From Nitrospiria bacterium (GTDB taxonomy: Bacteria; Nitrospirota; Nitrospiria; SBBL01; JAADHI01), in NCBI GenBank assembly GCA_945787655.1, contig CALZIJ010000003.1, forward strand, positions 4,602 through 68,601: DNA of 64,000 bases, read 5' to 3'. Position 1 is the stretch's first letter, and each line of letters opens with the position of its first letter. Of this stretch, positions 39,428-47,551 are shown piece after piece. The position numbers and the translations under genes are program-made. Below the pieces are notes generated by a model. It worked only from the letters and a program-made list of their open reading frames with translations. It made no database searches and was not told the origin of the DNA.

Positions 39428-40627
39428 TTGAATACCTTTGCGTCCAAACAAATGGCATCGTCATTATTCGACCGGCCTAAAACTGTTCAAACTTCCCTCA
39501 CCGGCTCTCGAATGCTCGATTTTATGCTGATGGGCGGCGGAGCCGTTCTTCTCTGGTTTCCGCTCTATTTTTTTCAAACACAGATGACCTGGGTTCAATC
39601 GCTGGGCCTTGCTTTACCGGCCTTTGCTTTTTTTATGGGGTACATTGGAAATTATCCGCATTTTATGGCCTCTTATAAACTGGCTTATACGCAAGGGACG
39701 TCTTTTGTATTACAAAATGGATTTCAGTTAATTGTCGTTCCTTTGATTTTAATGCTACTGATGGGCCTGAGTTATTTTTTTGGTGATATTTCTATTCAAA
39801 ATAACGGCGTTGTCCTTTTTTTGAACAAAATCCTGGATAATGTGGGATTGAAGACCCGAATCGGCATTTATCCCAATCTTCGGGCTGAAATACTGGGGTT
39901 AATCATTGTGTTTATGTATTTCACGGTGGGTTGGCATTACGCAAAGCAAACCTTCGGCTGCATGATGGTTTATGCAAAAATGGACAATTATATCTTAAAA
40001 CCCATAGAGCGCCTTCTTCTTCGATACGCGCTGTTAAGTACCTGGTGGGTCACCTGGCTTTACAGTAATTGCTCTGAGGGCACGTATCCATTTTTTAATT
40101 TAACGATCCATCGACTTTCTCTCCCGTATCGTTGGTTTCAAACGTCCTATGTGCTTGTCGGGATCTTGTTTGTTCTTCTAATCTCGATGTTTGTCGTGAA
40201 ATTTATCCGGGAACGTCAGGTGCCCAGCTTGAATTTTTTAATCCCGATGGCCACCTTGCTAATCTGGCATATTCCACTATTGGGACAGTCGCAATATTTT
40301 GGTGTAATCGCATTATTTCATTCCTTGCAATATGTCCCCTTTGTCGCCAAAGTGGAGGCTTCGAGGTATAAAAAAAACGATCGAAAACATCCAATGAAAA
40401 GACTGGCTCTCTTTTATGGGATCATGATTTTTATCGGTTATCTGTTTTTTGATCTCTTTCCAAATGTTTTGGATTTTTCGGCGGAAACAAATCAACAGGT
40501 CGGTTTGAGTTTTTATATCATCACATTTATTGCATTTATCAATATCCATCATTATTTTATAGATAATGTATTGTGGCGGTTTAAAACGCGTGATGTACGG
40601 GAATTACTTTTTGAGGGAATTCGCTAA
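39428..40627 (+). CDS. Polytopic membrane protein with four His-containing motifs, function unknown
   Basis: About 10 hydrophobic segments. Motifs are NYPHFMASY, WHYAKQTFG, FHSLQYVPF and NIHHYFIDNVLWRF. TTG start. Confidence 0.55.
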   Translation: MNTFASKQMASSLFDRPKTVQTSLTGSRMLDFMLMGGGAVLLWFPLYFFQTQMTWVQSLGLALPAFAFFMGYIGNYPHFMASYKLAYTQGTSFVLQNGFQLIVVPLILMLLMGLSYFFGDISIQNNGVVLFLNKILDNVGLKTRIGIYPNLRAEILGLIIVFMYFTVGWHYAKQTFGCMMVYAKMDNYILKPIERLLLRYALLSTWWVTWLYSNCSEGTYPFFNLTIHRLSLPYRWFQTSYVLVGILFVLLISMFVVKFIRERQVPSLNFLIPMATLLIWHIPLLGQSQYFGVIALFHSLQYVPFVAKVEASRYKKNDRKHPMKRLALFYGIMIFIGYLFFDLFPNVLDFSAETNQQVGLSFYIITFIAFINIHHYFIDNVLWRFKTRDVRELLFEGIR

Positions 40628-40661
40628 GGCTGTATTGTTTTTCCTAACAAATCCTTGATGA

Positions 40662-41021
40662 TCATTTCTTAAAGAATAACAAGACCGACAAAATCATCAG
40701 AATGACTGCAAAAATTTTTTTAAATTGCGGTATAGACATTTGTTCGAGAAGAAGCGGTCCAATTTGTGCCCCCAGAATACCGCCCAAGCCTAAAAGAAGC
40801 CCGTACTTGAAATGAACATTTTCAAGCCGGTAATGGGCAAACAATGCGGAGACAGAAATAATGAAAATCCCCATGAAGGAAGTGCCCACCGCCTTTTGGG
40901 CATTGAAACCCATAAACAGCAATAGGGGAACCATTAAAAATCCGCCGCCAAGCCCGGTGAATGAAGCGCTGACTCCGATCACAAAGCCACCGATAATCAT
41001 AGTAATGAGCATTGTATCCAT
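40662..41021 (-). CDS. Half-size TauE/SafE-family (sulfite exporter-like) membrane protein
   Basis: 119 aa with 4 TM segments and FTGLGGGFLMVPLLLF...KAVGTS typical of one TauE repeat. It lies 9 nt downstream of the Kv channel gene. Confidence 0.7.
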   Translation of the reverse strand: MDTMLITMIIGGFVIGVSASFTGLGGGFLMVPLLLFMGFNAQKAVGTSFMGIFIISVSALFAHYRLENVHFKYGLLLGLGGILGAQIGPLLLEQMSIPQFKKIFAVILMILSVLLFFKK

Positions 41022-41030
41022 TTGAGTTCC

Positions 41031-41876
41031 TTATAGTTTTTCACCACAAAATTTGCAAAAAACGGCATCGGTTTCGTGACCCTCTGCACTGCATTCCCGG
41101 CAGGCCTGAGTGGAGACTTTGCTTTTGGGTGTTTTGGTCAATTCTGCGGTGACGATCCCCGTAGGCACGGCGATAATGCCATAGCCAATTACCATAATCA
41201 CTGCCGCAACAGCCTGACCCAGACTCGTTTTTGGAGAAATGTCACCGTAACCCACTGTTGTCATTGTGACAATGGCCCAGTATATCGAGCGGGGAATGCT
41301 TGTGAATCCGTTCTTTTCTCCTTCAAGGACATACATGAATGCCCCAAAAACAATCACCAGTGTAAGCACGGTAAAAAGAAAAACGGTAATTTTACGGAGA
41401 CTGGCCCGGAGGGCCTGAAGCAGGAGGTTGGCTTCAATGATGTACTGCACCAGTTTCAGGATACGGAAGACCCGCAAAATTCTCAGGATGCGTATCACCA
41501 GAAGGTATTCTGTCCCCGGGAAAAAAAGACTGATGTACGTGGGGATGACGGCCAGGAGATCCACCACGCCGAAAAAGCTGGTTGCATATTTTACGGGGCG
41601 GCCTACGGAAATCAGTCGAAGCAAGTATTCTATGGTAAAGAGCAAGGTAAAAAACCACTCGATGGCATAAAGCTGGTTTCCGTATTGGCCTGAAATCGCT
41701 GCGACACTGTCCAGCATTACGGCCAATACGCTCAGAATAATGCTGATGATGAGCAGAATATCAAACCATTTCCCGGCGGGTGTGTCCGCTTCAAAAATAA
41801 GCTCATGCAATTGTTCGCGCCGGCTTTTAATCGGTGAGTTCGCAGCGTCCGGCTTGGTTTGACGGGGTCTGGTCAT
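41031..41876 (-). CDS. 6-TM voltage-gated-type K+ channel with C-terminal Cys4 zinc ribbon
   Basis: S4 with Arg/Lys at every third position (RILRILRVFRILK), selectivity filter TTVGYGD, and C-terminal CRECS-x11-CKFCG. Confidence 0.85.
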   Translation of the reverse strand: MTRPRQTKPDAANSPIKSRREQLHELIFEADTPAGKWFDILLIISIILSVLAVMLDSVAAISGQYGNQLYAIEWFFTLLFTIEYLLRLISVGRPVKYATSFFGVVDLLAVIPTYISLFFPGTEYLLVIRILRILRVFRILKLVQYIIEANLLLQALRASLRKITVFLFTVLTLVIVFGAFMYVLEGEKNGFTSIPRSIYWAIVTMTTVGYGDISPKTSLGQAVAAVIMVIGYGIIAVPTGIVTAELTKTPKSKVSTQACRECSAEGHETDAVFCKFCGEKL

Positions 41877-41989
41877 TGTTGTGATGCTCCTTTAGGCTAA
41901 AGGTATCATCTTTTTACGGGTTTTAAAAAAGGTTTTATTGGATTGAACGGAGGTGGTTCCGCATCAAGTTGAAAGGGCTGTTTCTGGAA

Positions 41990-43045
41990 TCAGCCAAGCT
42001 TTAGACCGCTATAGCTAAATTTTCTTTTTATGGGGGTTTTGCGGATAAATTGCGGAACCATACCCAAGTGTCCCATGACAATGAGAATGTCACCGGCTTC
42101 AAGACACGTTTCCAAAGAAGGTTTGGTGATCATTTCCCCACTCTTTTTTCGGATGGCGATCACAAGAAATGCGCCTTTTTCCCGCGCCTCAAGATCCCCT
42201 AGGGAGGCTCCAGTAAAAGGAGAATCCTTGGTTAAGGGAATTTCCTCCAATTCAAGCCCGATTTCTGTCAGGCTTTCCAAAAAGAGCGGATCATTCAGGT
42301 CATATTCCAATAATTCACGGGTACTGGGTTTGATGATGATATGGGCAATGCGTTCGGCGCAAATATGTTCGGGAAGCAAAACCCGGTCGGCCCCGGCCTG
42401 TAAAAGTTTGGGTTCAGAACTGGGATGATTCCCGCGCGTGATGATATTAAGGTGGGAAATCAGGTTTCGGGCAGTCAGGACGATGAAGACATTGATGGCA
42501 TCATCCGGCAGTACGGTCGCCAGCGTATGGGCCCTTTGCAGACCGGCTTCCAGTAAGACGTCTTCCTCAGTGGCGTCTCCATGGACGCAAAGGTAACCGA
42601 GCTCTTCAATTTCATTCACGAGGGAAGGTTTCTTTTCAATAATGACAAACGGTTTTCCGGCATCATTCAGTTCTTTTGTGACCGTGCTTCCGATGCGTCC
42701 GTATCCGCAGACAATGGTGTGATTTTTCAGTTGATGAATCCCATGGGCCATTTTTCTTTTTCCCAGTGCACGTTGTAACTGACCTTCAGTCAGCCAGTTG
42801 ATAAAAGCCCCGGCGATATACACATAGGCAGAGCAACCCGCCAGGATGAGTGTGATTGTAAAAATCTTTACCGCGGGTGTGGTTTCCTGAACTTCCCCGT
42901 ACCCCACCCCGAAAATGGTGATGATCACCATGTAGATGGATTCCAGCCATCCCCAACCCGCAAAGCGGTACCCGACAAGACCGAATACAAGAGAAATGAT
43001 TAAAAAAGCCGCGCCGAGAGATAAATGCCGAGTTGTTTGTCTCAT
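41990..43045 (-). CDS. 2-TM K+-channel-like protein with RCK (TrkA-N/TrkA-C) gating ring
   Basis: Two TM segments flank the pore FGVGYGE. Then IVCGYGRIGSTV (GxGxxG) and a TrkA-C-like C-terminus, an MthK-like layout. Confidence 0.8.
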   Translation of the reverse strand: MRQTTRHLSLGAAFLIISLVFGLVGYRFAGWGWLESIYMVIITIFGVGYGEVQETTPAVKIFTITLILAGCSAYVYIAGAFINWLTEGQLQRALGKRKMAHGIHQLKNHTIVCGYGRIGSTVTKELNDAGKPFVIIEKKPSLVNEIEELGYLCVHGDATEEDVLLEAGLQRAHTLATVLPDDAINVFIVLTARNLISHLNIITRGNHPSSEPKLLQAGADRVLLPEHICAERIAHIIIKPSTRELLEYDLNDPLFLESLTEIGLELEEIPLTKDSPFTGASLGDLEAREKGAFLVIAIRKKSGEMITKPSLETCLEAGDILIVMGHLGMVPQFIRKTPIKRKFSYSGLKLG

Positions 43046-43234
43046 TCATTTAATAGCAGTGGAAGATTCTATTTCTAAATTCCAACAGGCCAATTCCTAG
43101 TTTGACTGTCTTTGAAAGTATACCAGAGGATTTTAGAAAGGGACTTTTCTGAAAATGGAAAGTCCATATGAGATTTGATAATAAAAAGATGAATGTGATG
43201 TGAATGTTCCCGGCATATTCAATTGGCGTCTATC

Positions 43235-44086
43235 TTACTGCCACATGGAAACCTGTTTTCGGGCAAATGCTGAAAAATGTGTGGGTCTTTCCCGAACAAG
43301 GAGATTAAAATCGTCATGGAGTGGCGCCATTTTCCCGGATCGAACGGATTGATAAAGATCCGATAAATATTGGGCTGCATGTTCAGGCATACCCTTTTCC
43401 ACCATGTCTTGAATCATTTCTTTTTCCGAAATGGGATAAAATAAAACATTTTTCCCCGTGACTTCGGATATCATTCTTGCCACAGCGCTATGGTCTAATG
43501 ATTCCGGACCGCTTAGATTAAAAGCACGACAATTGATATTTTCCATAAAGGCGACGGAGATGGCTTTGGCGATGTCTGCAGCGGCGATGAAAGATGTTTT
43601 TCCGCCATTGGCGGCCAGGAAAATCCCATTTTTTTCTCTGACCATGGGTGCGATAAAACCGCTGGAAAAGTTATCCATAAAGAAGTTAGGCCGTAAAATG
43701 ACATAAGTGATACCGGAATCGACTACATATTCTTCAATCCGTCTTAAAGGGGACAGTTTTTCCTTGTCGGCTCCCAATGTGGAAATAAAAACAATACGGG
43801 AAATATTTTGATGTTTTGCCTGAATAATAAAGGGTTTCAGTTTTTCTGGCGCCTCAGGGTCCAAAGGCGGGGCAATCAGGAGGAGACTGTGAACATTTGA
43901 AAATGCCGCCTCATAGGTTGAAGGGTCTTCATAATCAAAAAAAACAGTGGGTATTTCCGCATGAGCGGAAGATATCTCCCTCGGTTTTCTTGAAGCCGCT
44001 TTTATTTTAAATCCCTTGGCCCTGAGGATTTTCATTGCTGCGCTGCCCAGCTGACCACGAGCCCCTGTAATCAGTATGTTTTTCAT
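43235..44086 (-). CDS. NmrA-like / atypical SDR NAD(P)-binding protein
   Basis: N-terminus ILITGARGQLGS Rossmann motif. Length and layout are typical of the NmrA family. Confidence 0.75.
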   Translation of the reverse strand: MKNILITGARGQLGSAAMKILRAKGFKIKAASRKPREISSAHAEIPTVFFDYEDPSTYEAAFSNVHSLLLIAPPLDPEAPEKLKPFIIQAKHQNISRIVFISTLGADKEKLSPLRRIEEYVVDSGITYVILRPNFFMDNFSSGFIAPMVREKNGIFLAANGGKTSFIAAADIAKAISVAFMENINCRAFNLSGPESLDHSAVARMISEVTGKNVLFYPISEKEMIQDMVEKGMPEHAAQYLSDLYQSVRSGKMAPLHDDFNLLVRERPTHFSAFARKQVSMWQ

Positions 44087-44099
44087 GCCACCATTCTTT

Positions 44100-44113
44100 T
44101 GAACGAGCGTTCA
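44100..44113. promoter_or_regulatory. Palindrome TGAACGAGCGTTCA (GAAC-N4-GTTC)
   Basis: Perfect 14-nt palindrome, 14 nt upstream of the NmrA-like start and downstream of xthA. It matches the core of the Cheo-box LexA operator CGAACRNRYGTTYC at 12 of 14 positions. Confidence 0.3.
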
Positions 44114-44253
44114 TTTTTAAAGAGATTGTTTCAAAGTATATCAAAATTTTATAATAATATTGCTTCCAATTTTTATTTTATCCTTTTAAAAACCTGAAGG
44201 ACATTGCCGCGTAAAAGGGAGGTTTTATCGGCACTCTTGGATGGAGATTTCTG

Positions 44254-45015
44254 TTAGATCAGATCGAGTAAGACCGGGCAATGGTCCGAACCTGTGATAT
44301 CGTTTAATATATCTACGCCTTTGATCATCTCGACGAGTAGGGGAGAGATTAAAAAATAATCTATCCTCCATCCGACATTTCTTTGCCGGGCACCTGCACG
44401 GAAACTCCACCAACTGTATTTGATCTCATCCGGATGAACCTGTCTGAAGCTGTCAATAAAATCAGTGGCGACCAAGTTGTTCATTCCATCAATTTCTTCC
44501 TGCATATACCCCGCACTTTTATTGTAATTGGCCTTGGGCCGGGCCAAATCAATGGGGCTGTGGGCTACGTTGAAATCCCCGCAGGCAATGACCGGTTTTT
44601 CTTTATTTAGCACTTTTAAATAATTTAGAAAATCTGCATCCCATGTTTGCCGGTATTCAAGGCGTTTCAGTTCACTGCCTGAATTTGGCGTGTAGACGGT
44701 GACGAGGAAATAATGCTCAAATTCAAGAGCGATGACACGGCCTTCCTGATCGTGGTGGTCAATGCCCAGGTCCATTCGCACAGACAAGGGTTTCTTTTTT
44801 GTCAGAATGGCAGTTCCGGAATATCCCTTTTTAACGGCAGAATTAGAATAGAGTGTAAACCCGTCAATTTCGGATAAGGCTTCTCTGACCTGATTGTCCT
44901 GCGCCTTGGTTTCCTGCAGACAAAGGATATCCGGGCGCATGGTTTCAAGCGATGCTTTAAAGTTTTTTTTCATGACGGCGCGAATACCATTTACGTTCCA
45001 TGAAACAAGGCGCAT
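44254..45015 (-). CDS. xthA: Exodeoxyribonuclease III
   Basis: MRLVSWNVNGIRA, LCLQETK, GDFNVAHS and SDHCPV motifs of the EEP/ExoIII family. Confidence 0.9.
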   Translation of the reverse strand: MRLVSWNVNGIRAVMKKNFKASLETMRPDILCLQETKAQDNQVREALSEIDGFTLYSNSAVKKGYSGTAILTKKKPLSVRMDLGIDHHDQEGRVIALEFEHYFLVTVYTPNSGSELKRLEYRQTWDADFLNYLKVLNKEKPVIACGDFNVAHSPIDLARPKANYNKSAGYMQEEIDGMNNLVATDFIDSFRQVHPDEIKYSWWSFRAGARQRNVGWRIDYFLISPLLVEMIKGVDILNDITGSDHCPVLLDLI

Positions 45016-45233
45016 GATTTAACTCCTTCTATTTTCGGGGTGTTCGAATGTGAGATAAAACGATATTTTTCTATTCTGCGTTTATCAAGAATATCCGTTT
45101 GTTGTCAGTAGCGGCTCGAATTGGCGTGTGTTCCATCCCTTGAACAACCGAATACACTTGTTTTTAATTTTACAGATTTCTCGTTAGAGAATCATTATCC
45201 GACAGAACTGGGAATTGAATCGACAAAAGGAAA

Positions 45234-45761
45234 TCAGTGCCCGTGTCCGTCGTCCTCATGATTGCCTTCTGTCGGTTGCACGATAATTTCAGGGTTGACT
45301 CCGGTTCCAAATTCAAAAACCAGCCGACCGCCCCGGTCTGCACCCAGACTGATCAAAAAAGCAAGTATAAAGCTTCCCAGTAAAAGACCCCATCGATGAT
45401 TCGCCCATTTTTTTCTGCGGTTCGCCCATAAAAAATAAACGGCCAGCAACATGCTGAAAAGCGTGGATAGCAACATCCAGTTGCGGTGGACATGAATAAA
45501 ATCATGTGCCGGGGAATCATGCCCTAATGGATCGTGGGCCGCGACCTGACCGGCGGCGCCAAACCCGCTTCCCAAAGTGATGACGGCGGCAAATACGCCC
45601 ATGTACAATAACCATGTCGCAATAAAATGAAAGCGTTCCTGATAAAAAACCGCCACTGTTTCCATGAGGGCGGCACCGATAAAGAACGCGATGGGAAAGT
45701 GAACATATAAGGGGTGCATGTTCTGAAGAGAAGCCATACCGGGAAAAAGTTGTTCAATCAT
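45234..45761 (-). CDS. DUF2231 family membrane protein with His-rich C-terminus
   Basis: HPLYVHFPIAFFIGA signature and 4 TM segments, ending GNHEDDGHGH. The ATG at 45761 has a GAGAGGA SD ~10 nt upstream, so the track start at 45851 is probably too long. Confidence 0.6.
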   Translation of the reverse strand: MIEQLFPGMASLQNMHPLYVHFPIAFFIGAALMETVAVFYQERFHFIATWLLYMGVFAAVITLGSGFGAAGQVAAHDPLGHDSPAHDFIHVHRNWMLLSTLFSMLLAVYFLWANRRKKWANHRWGLLLGSFILAFLISLGADRGGRLVFEFGTGVNPEIIVQPTEGNHEDDGHGH

Positions 45762-45880
45762 GATCTTAGAGTCCTCTCTTGGTCTTGTGGTAATTGTTTG
45801 GTCCTGCCTGTATATATCGGATGCCTTGCTTTCCTGTAGAGAAGCATACAATAAAAATGATCTTGATGCTGCCTTGGTCC

Positions 45881-46273
45881 TTAAAATTTTTTGGAAAATT
45901 CCGGCGCCAGCTCCTGAATGGACGCTTGAAGAAAGTGCCGTTCTTTGACATCAGGATCTATAATTTCACCGTTCCATACAAGGATATCCAGGTCGATGGT
46001 TCTTGGCCCGTTTTTATTTTCTGTCCGGATGCGGCCTAACTGGTCTTCAAGTTTGAGCAAAATTTTTTTTAATGCCGTTGCGCTCAAATCCGTTTTAAAT
46101 CGAACCGCGCCGTTATAAAAATGGTCCTGGTCCTTAAATCCGATAGGTGCTGTTTTGATCAGACGGGAAGTCTGAATATCAGAAAATCGTTCAGTAATGA
46201 TTTGGACCGCCTTGTTAATATTATTAATCGGGTTGATGTTTGAGCCCAAACCGACAATAACGTCATTACTCAC
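45881..46273 (-). CDS. folK: 6-hydroxymethyl-7,8-dihydropterin pyrophosphokinase (short form, 130 aa)
   Basis: VIVGLGSNI and NGPRTIDLDILVW motifs. The GTG start overlaps the folB stop (GTGA at 46270-46273). Confidence 0.8.
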   Translation of the reverse strand: MSNDVIVGLGSNINPINNINKAVQIITERFSDIQTSRLIKTAPIGFKDQDHFYNGAVRFKTDLSATALKKILLKLEDQLGRIRTENKNGPRTIDLDILVWNGEIIDPDVKERHFLQASIQELAPEFSKKF

Positions 46274-46626
46274 ACGGGTTCCTTTGTTTTCTCCACGATG
46301 ATGGAAACAGTATCGGTTAATCTGAGGGCCCCGGGTTTTTCCACCTCGACCCAGACCTTTTCCGCCAGGGGAAAAGATAGCGCAATGTCTGCTGTCTCTG
46401 AAGCGACTCGTTCAACCAGATTAAAATCAGTCCGTTCAACATGATCGATAATTTGATTTCTAAGCTTTTTATAGTCAATTGTTTCATCGATATTGTCGCT
46501 TTTAGCGGCAGGAATTCCGTTAAAGGTCACGCGGATATTCACCCCGATTTCCTGTTTTATCTTTTTTTCCCACTCATAAACACCAACAGTGGCTCTTAAA
46601 CGCAGGTTTTTGATATGGACAATCAT
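46270..46626 (-). CDS. folB: Dihydroneopterin aldolase
   Basis: LRLRATVGVYEWEKKIKQEI and IDYKKL are typical FolB motifs. 118 aa. Confidence 0.8.
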   Translation of the reverse strand: MIVHIKNLRLRATVGVYEWEKKIKQEIGVNIRVTFNGIPAAKSDNIDETIDYKKLRNQIIDHVERTDFNLVERVASETADIALSFPLAEKVWVEVEKPGALRLTDTVSIIVEKTKEPV

Positions 46627-46635
46627 AAAGCCTCT

Positions 46636-47433
46636 CTAGGTGAGTCGTTCTCCACCATCAACATAGAGAATTTCACCATTTACGTAATTGGACCGGGTTA
46701 AATAAAGTAGCGCGCTTAAAATATCTTGGACATGCCCAGGGTGTTTCATGGGTGTTTTTTGCGCCAACTGTTCGAGATATTGCTCTCCTTGGTTTTCGGG
46801 AGGGAGGATGGCTCCGGGACAAATGCCATTCACTCGAATATCCGGCGCTAAAGTCTTGGCCAGAAGGAGGGTCATTTCCTTGAGGGATTTTTTGCTCAAT
46901 GTGTAGACAAAGTGTTCTGTTTTGTATTGATCGACGCGGGTATCCAGCATGTTAATAATGGCCCCTTTTTGACATTTTTTTGAAAAAGCTTGTGATAAAA
47001 AAAAAGGCGCTTTCATGTGGAGCATGACATTCTGGTCAAAATCCATTGGGGAAGTGTGCTTAAAATCCAGTTTTTTAAAGATGGATGCATTATTGATCAG
47101 CAAGGTCAGGTTCCCAAAATGATGATAGACTGCATCGATCAATTCGGAATGAAGTACTGGCTCATTTAAGTTGCTTTGAATGATAAAACATCGCCTGCCA
47201 AGCCCTTTAATTTCCTTTCGGGTTTGTTCAGCGGCATCGGTAGAGGTGTGATAGTGCAGGGCAATATCAAACCCTTCTTTCGCCAGTGAGAGGCAAATGT
47301 CACGGCCTAGCCTTTTGGCGCCGCCTGTGATCAGTGCGATTTTTTCCAACCCGGCTCCCTGTCTAAAATGAGTGAACAGATCTAATGCCCTTCTGTATAG
47401 CGCAATCGAATTCCTTTTGGCAAACCTTTCCAT
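46636..47433 (-). CDS. Short-chain dehydrogenase/reductase, pteridine-reductase/FolM-like by context
   Basis: ALITGGAKRLGR, NNAS and YTLSK (YxxxK). It lies 9 nt upstream of folB. An alternative TTG start at 47349 has GGGAG 5 nt upstream. Confidence 0.75.
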   Translation of the reverse strand: MERFAKRNSIALYRRALDLFTHFRQGAGLEKIALITGGAKRLGRDICLSLAKEGFDIALHYHTSTDAAEQTRKEIKGLGRRCFIIQSNLNEPVLHSELIDAVYHHFGNLTLLINNASIFKKLDFKHTSPMDFDQNVMLHMKAPFFLSQAFSKKCQKGAIINMLDTRVDQYKTEHFVYTLSKKSLKEMTLLLAKTLAPDIRVNGICPGAILPPENQGEQYLEQLAQKTPMKHPGHVQDILSALLYLTRSNYVNGEILYVDGGERLT

Positions 47434-47551
47434 TTTTGAAGGGCCTTGTAATGGTAAAATTTTTTAATCTGATGTCTTTTTGCGGTTTTTCGTTGTCATT
47501 TTTTGCAGACTTGATTAATCTTGTCTTTTTCAGCTTTTTTAAGGAACGTTA

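Noticed and set aside
41076-41693. 205-aa plus-strand ORF antisense to the Kv channel gene
   Set aside because: The opposite strand encodes a complete S1-S6 channel with a TTVGYGD filter. The antisense product has no features.
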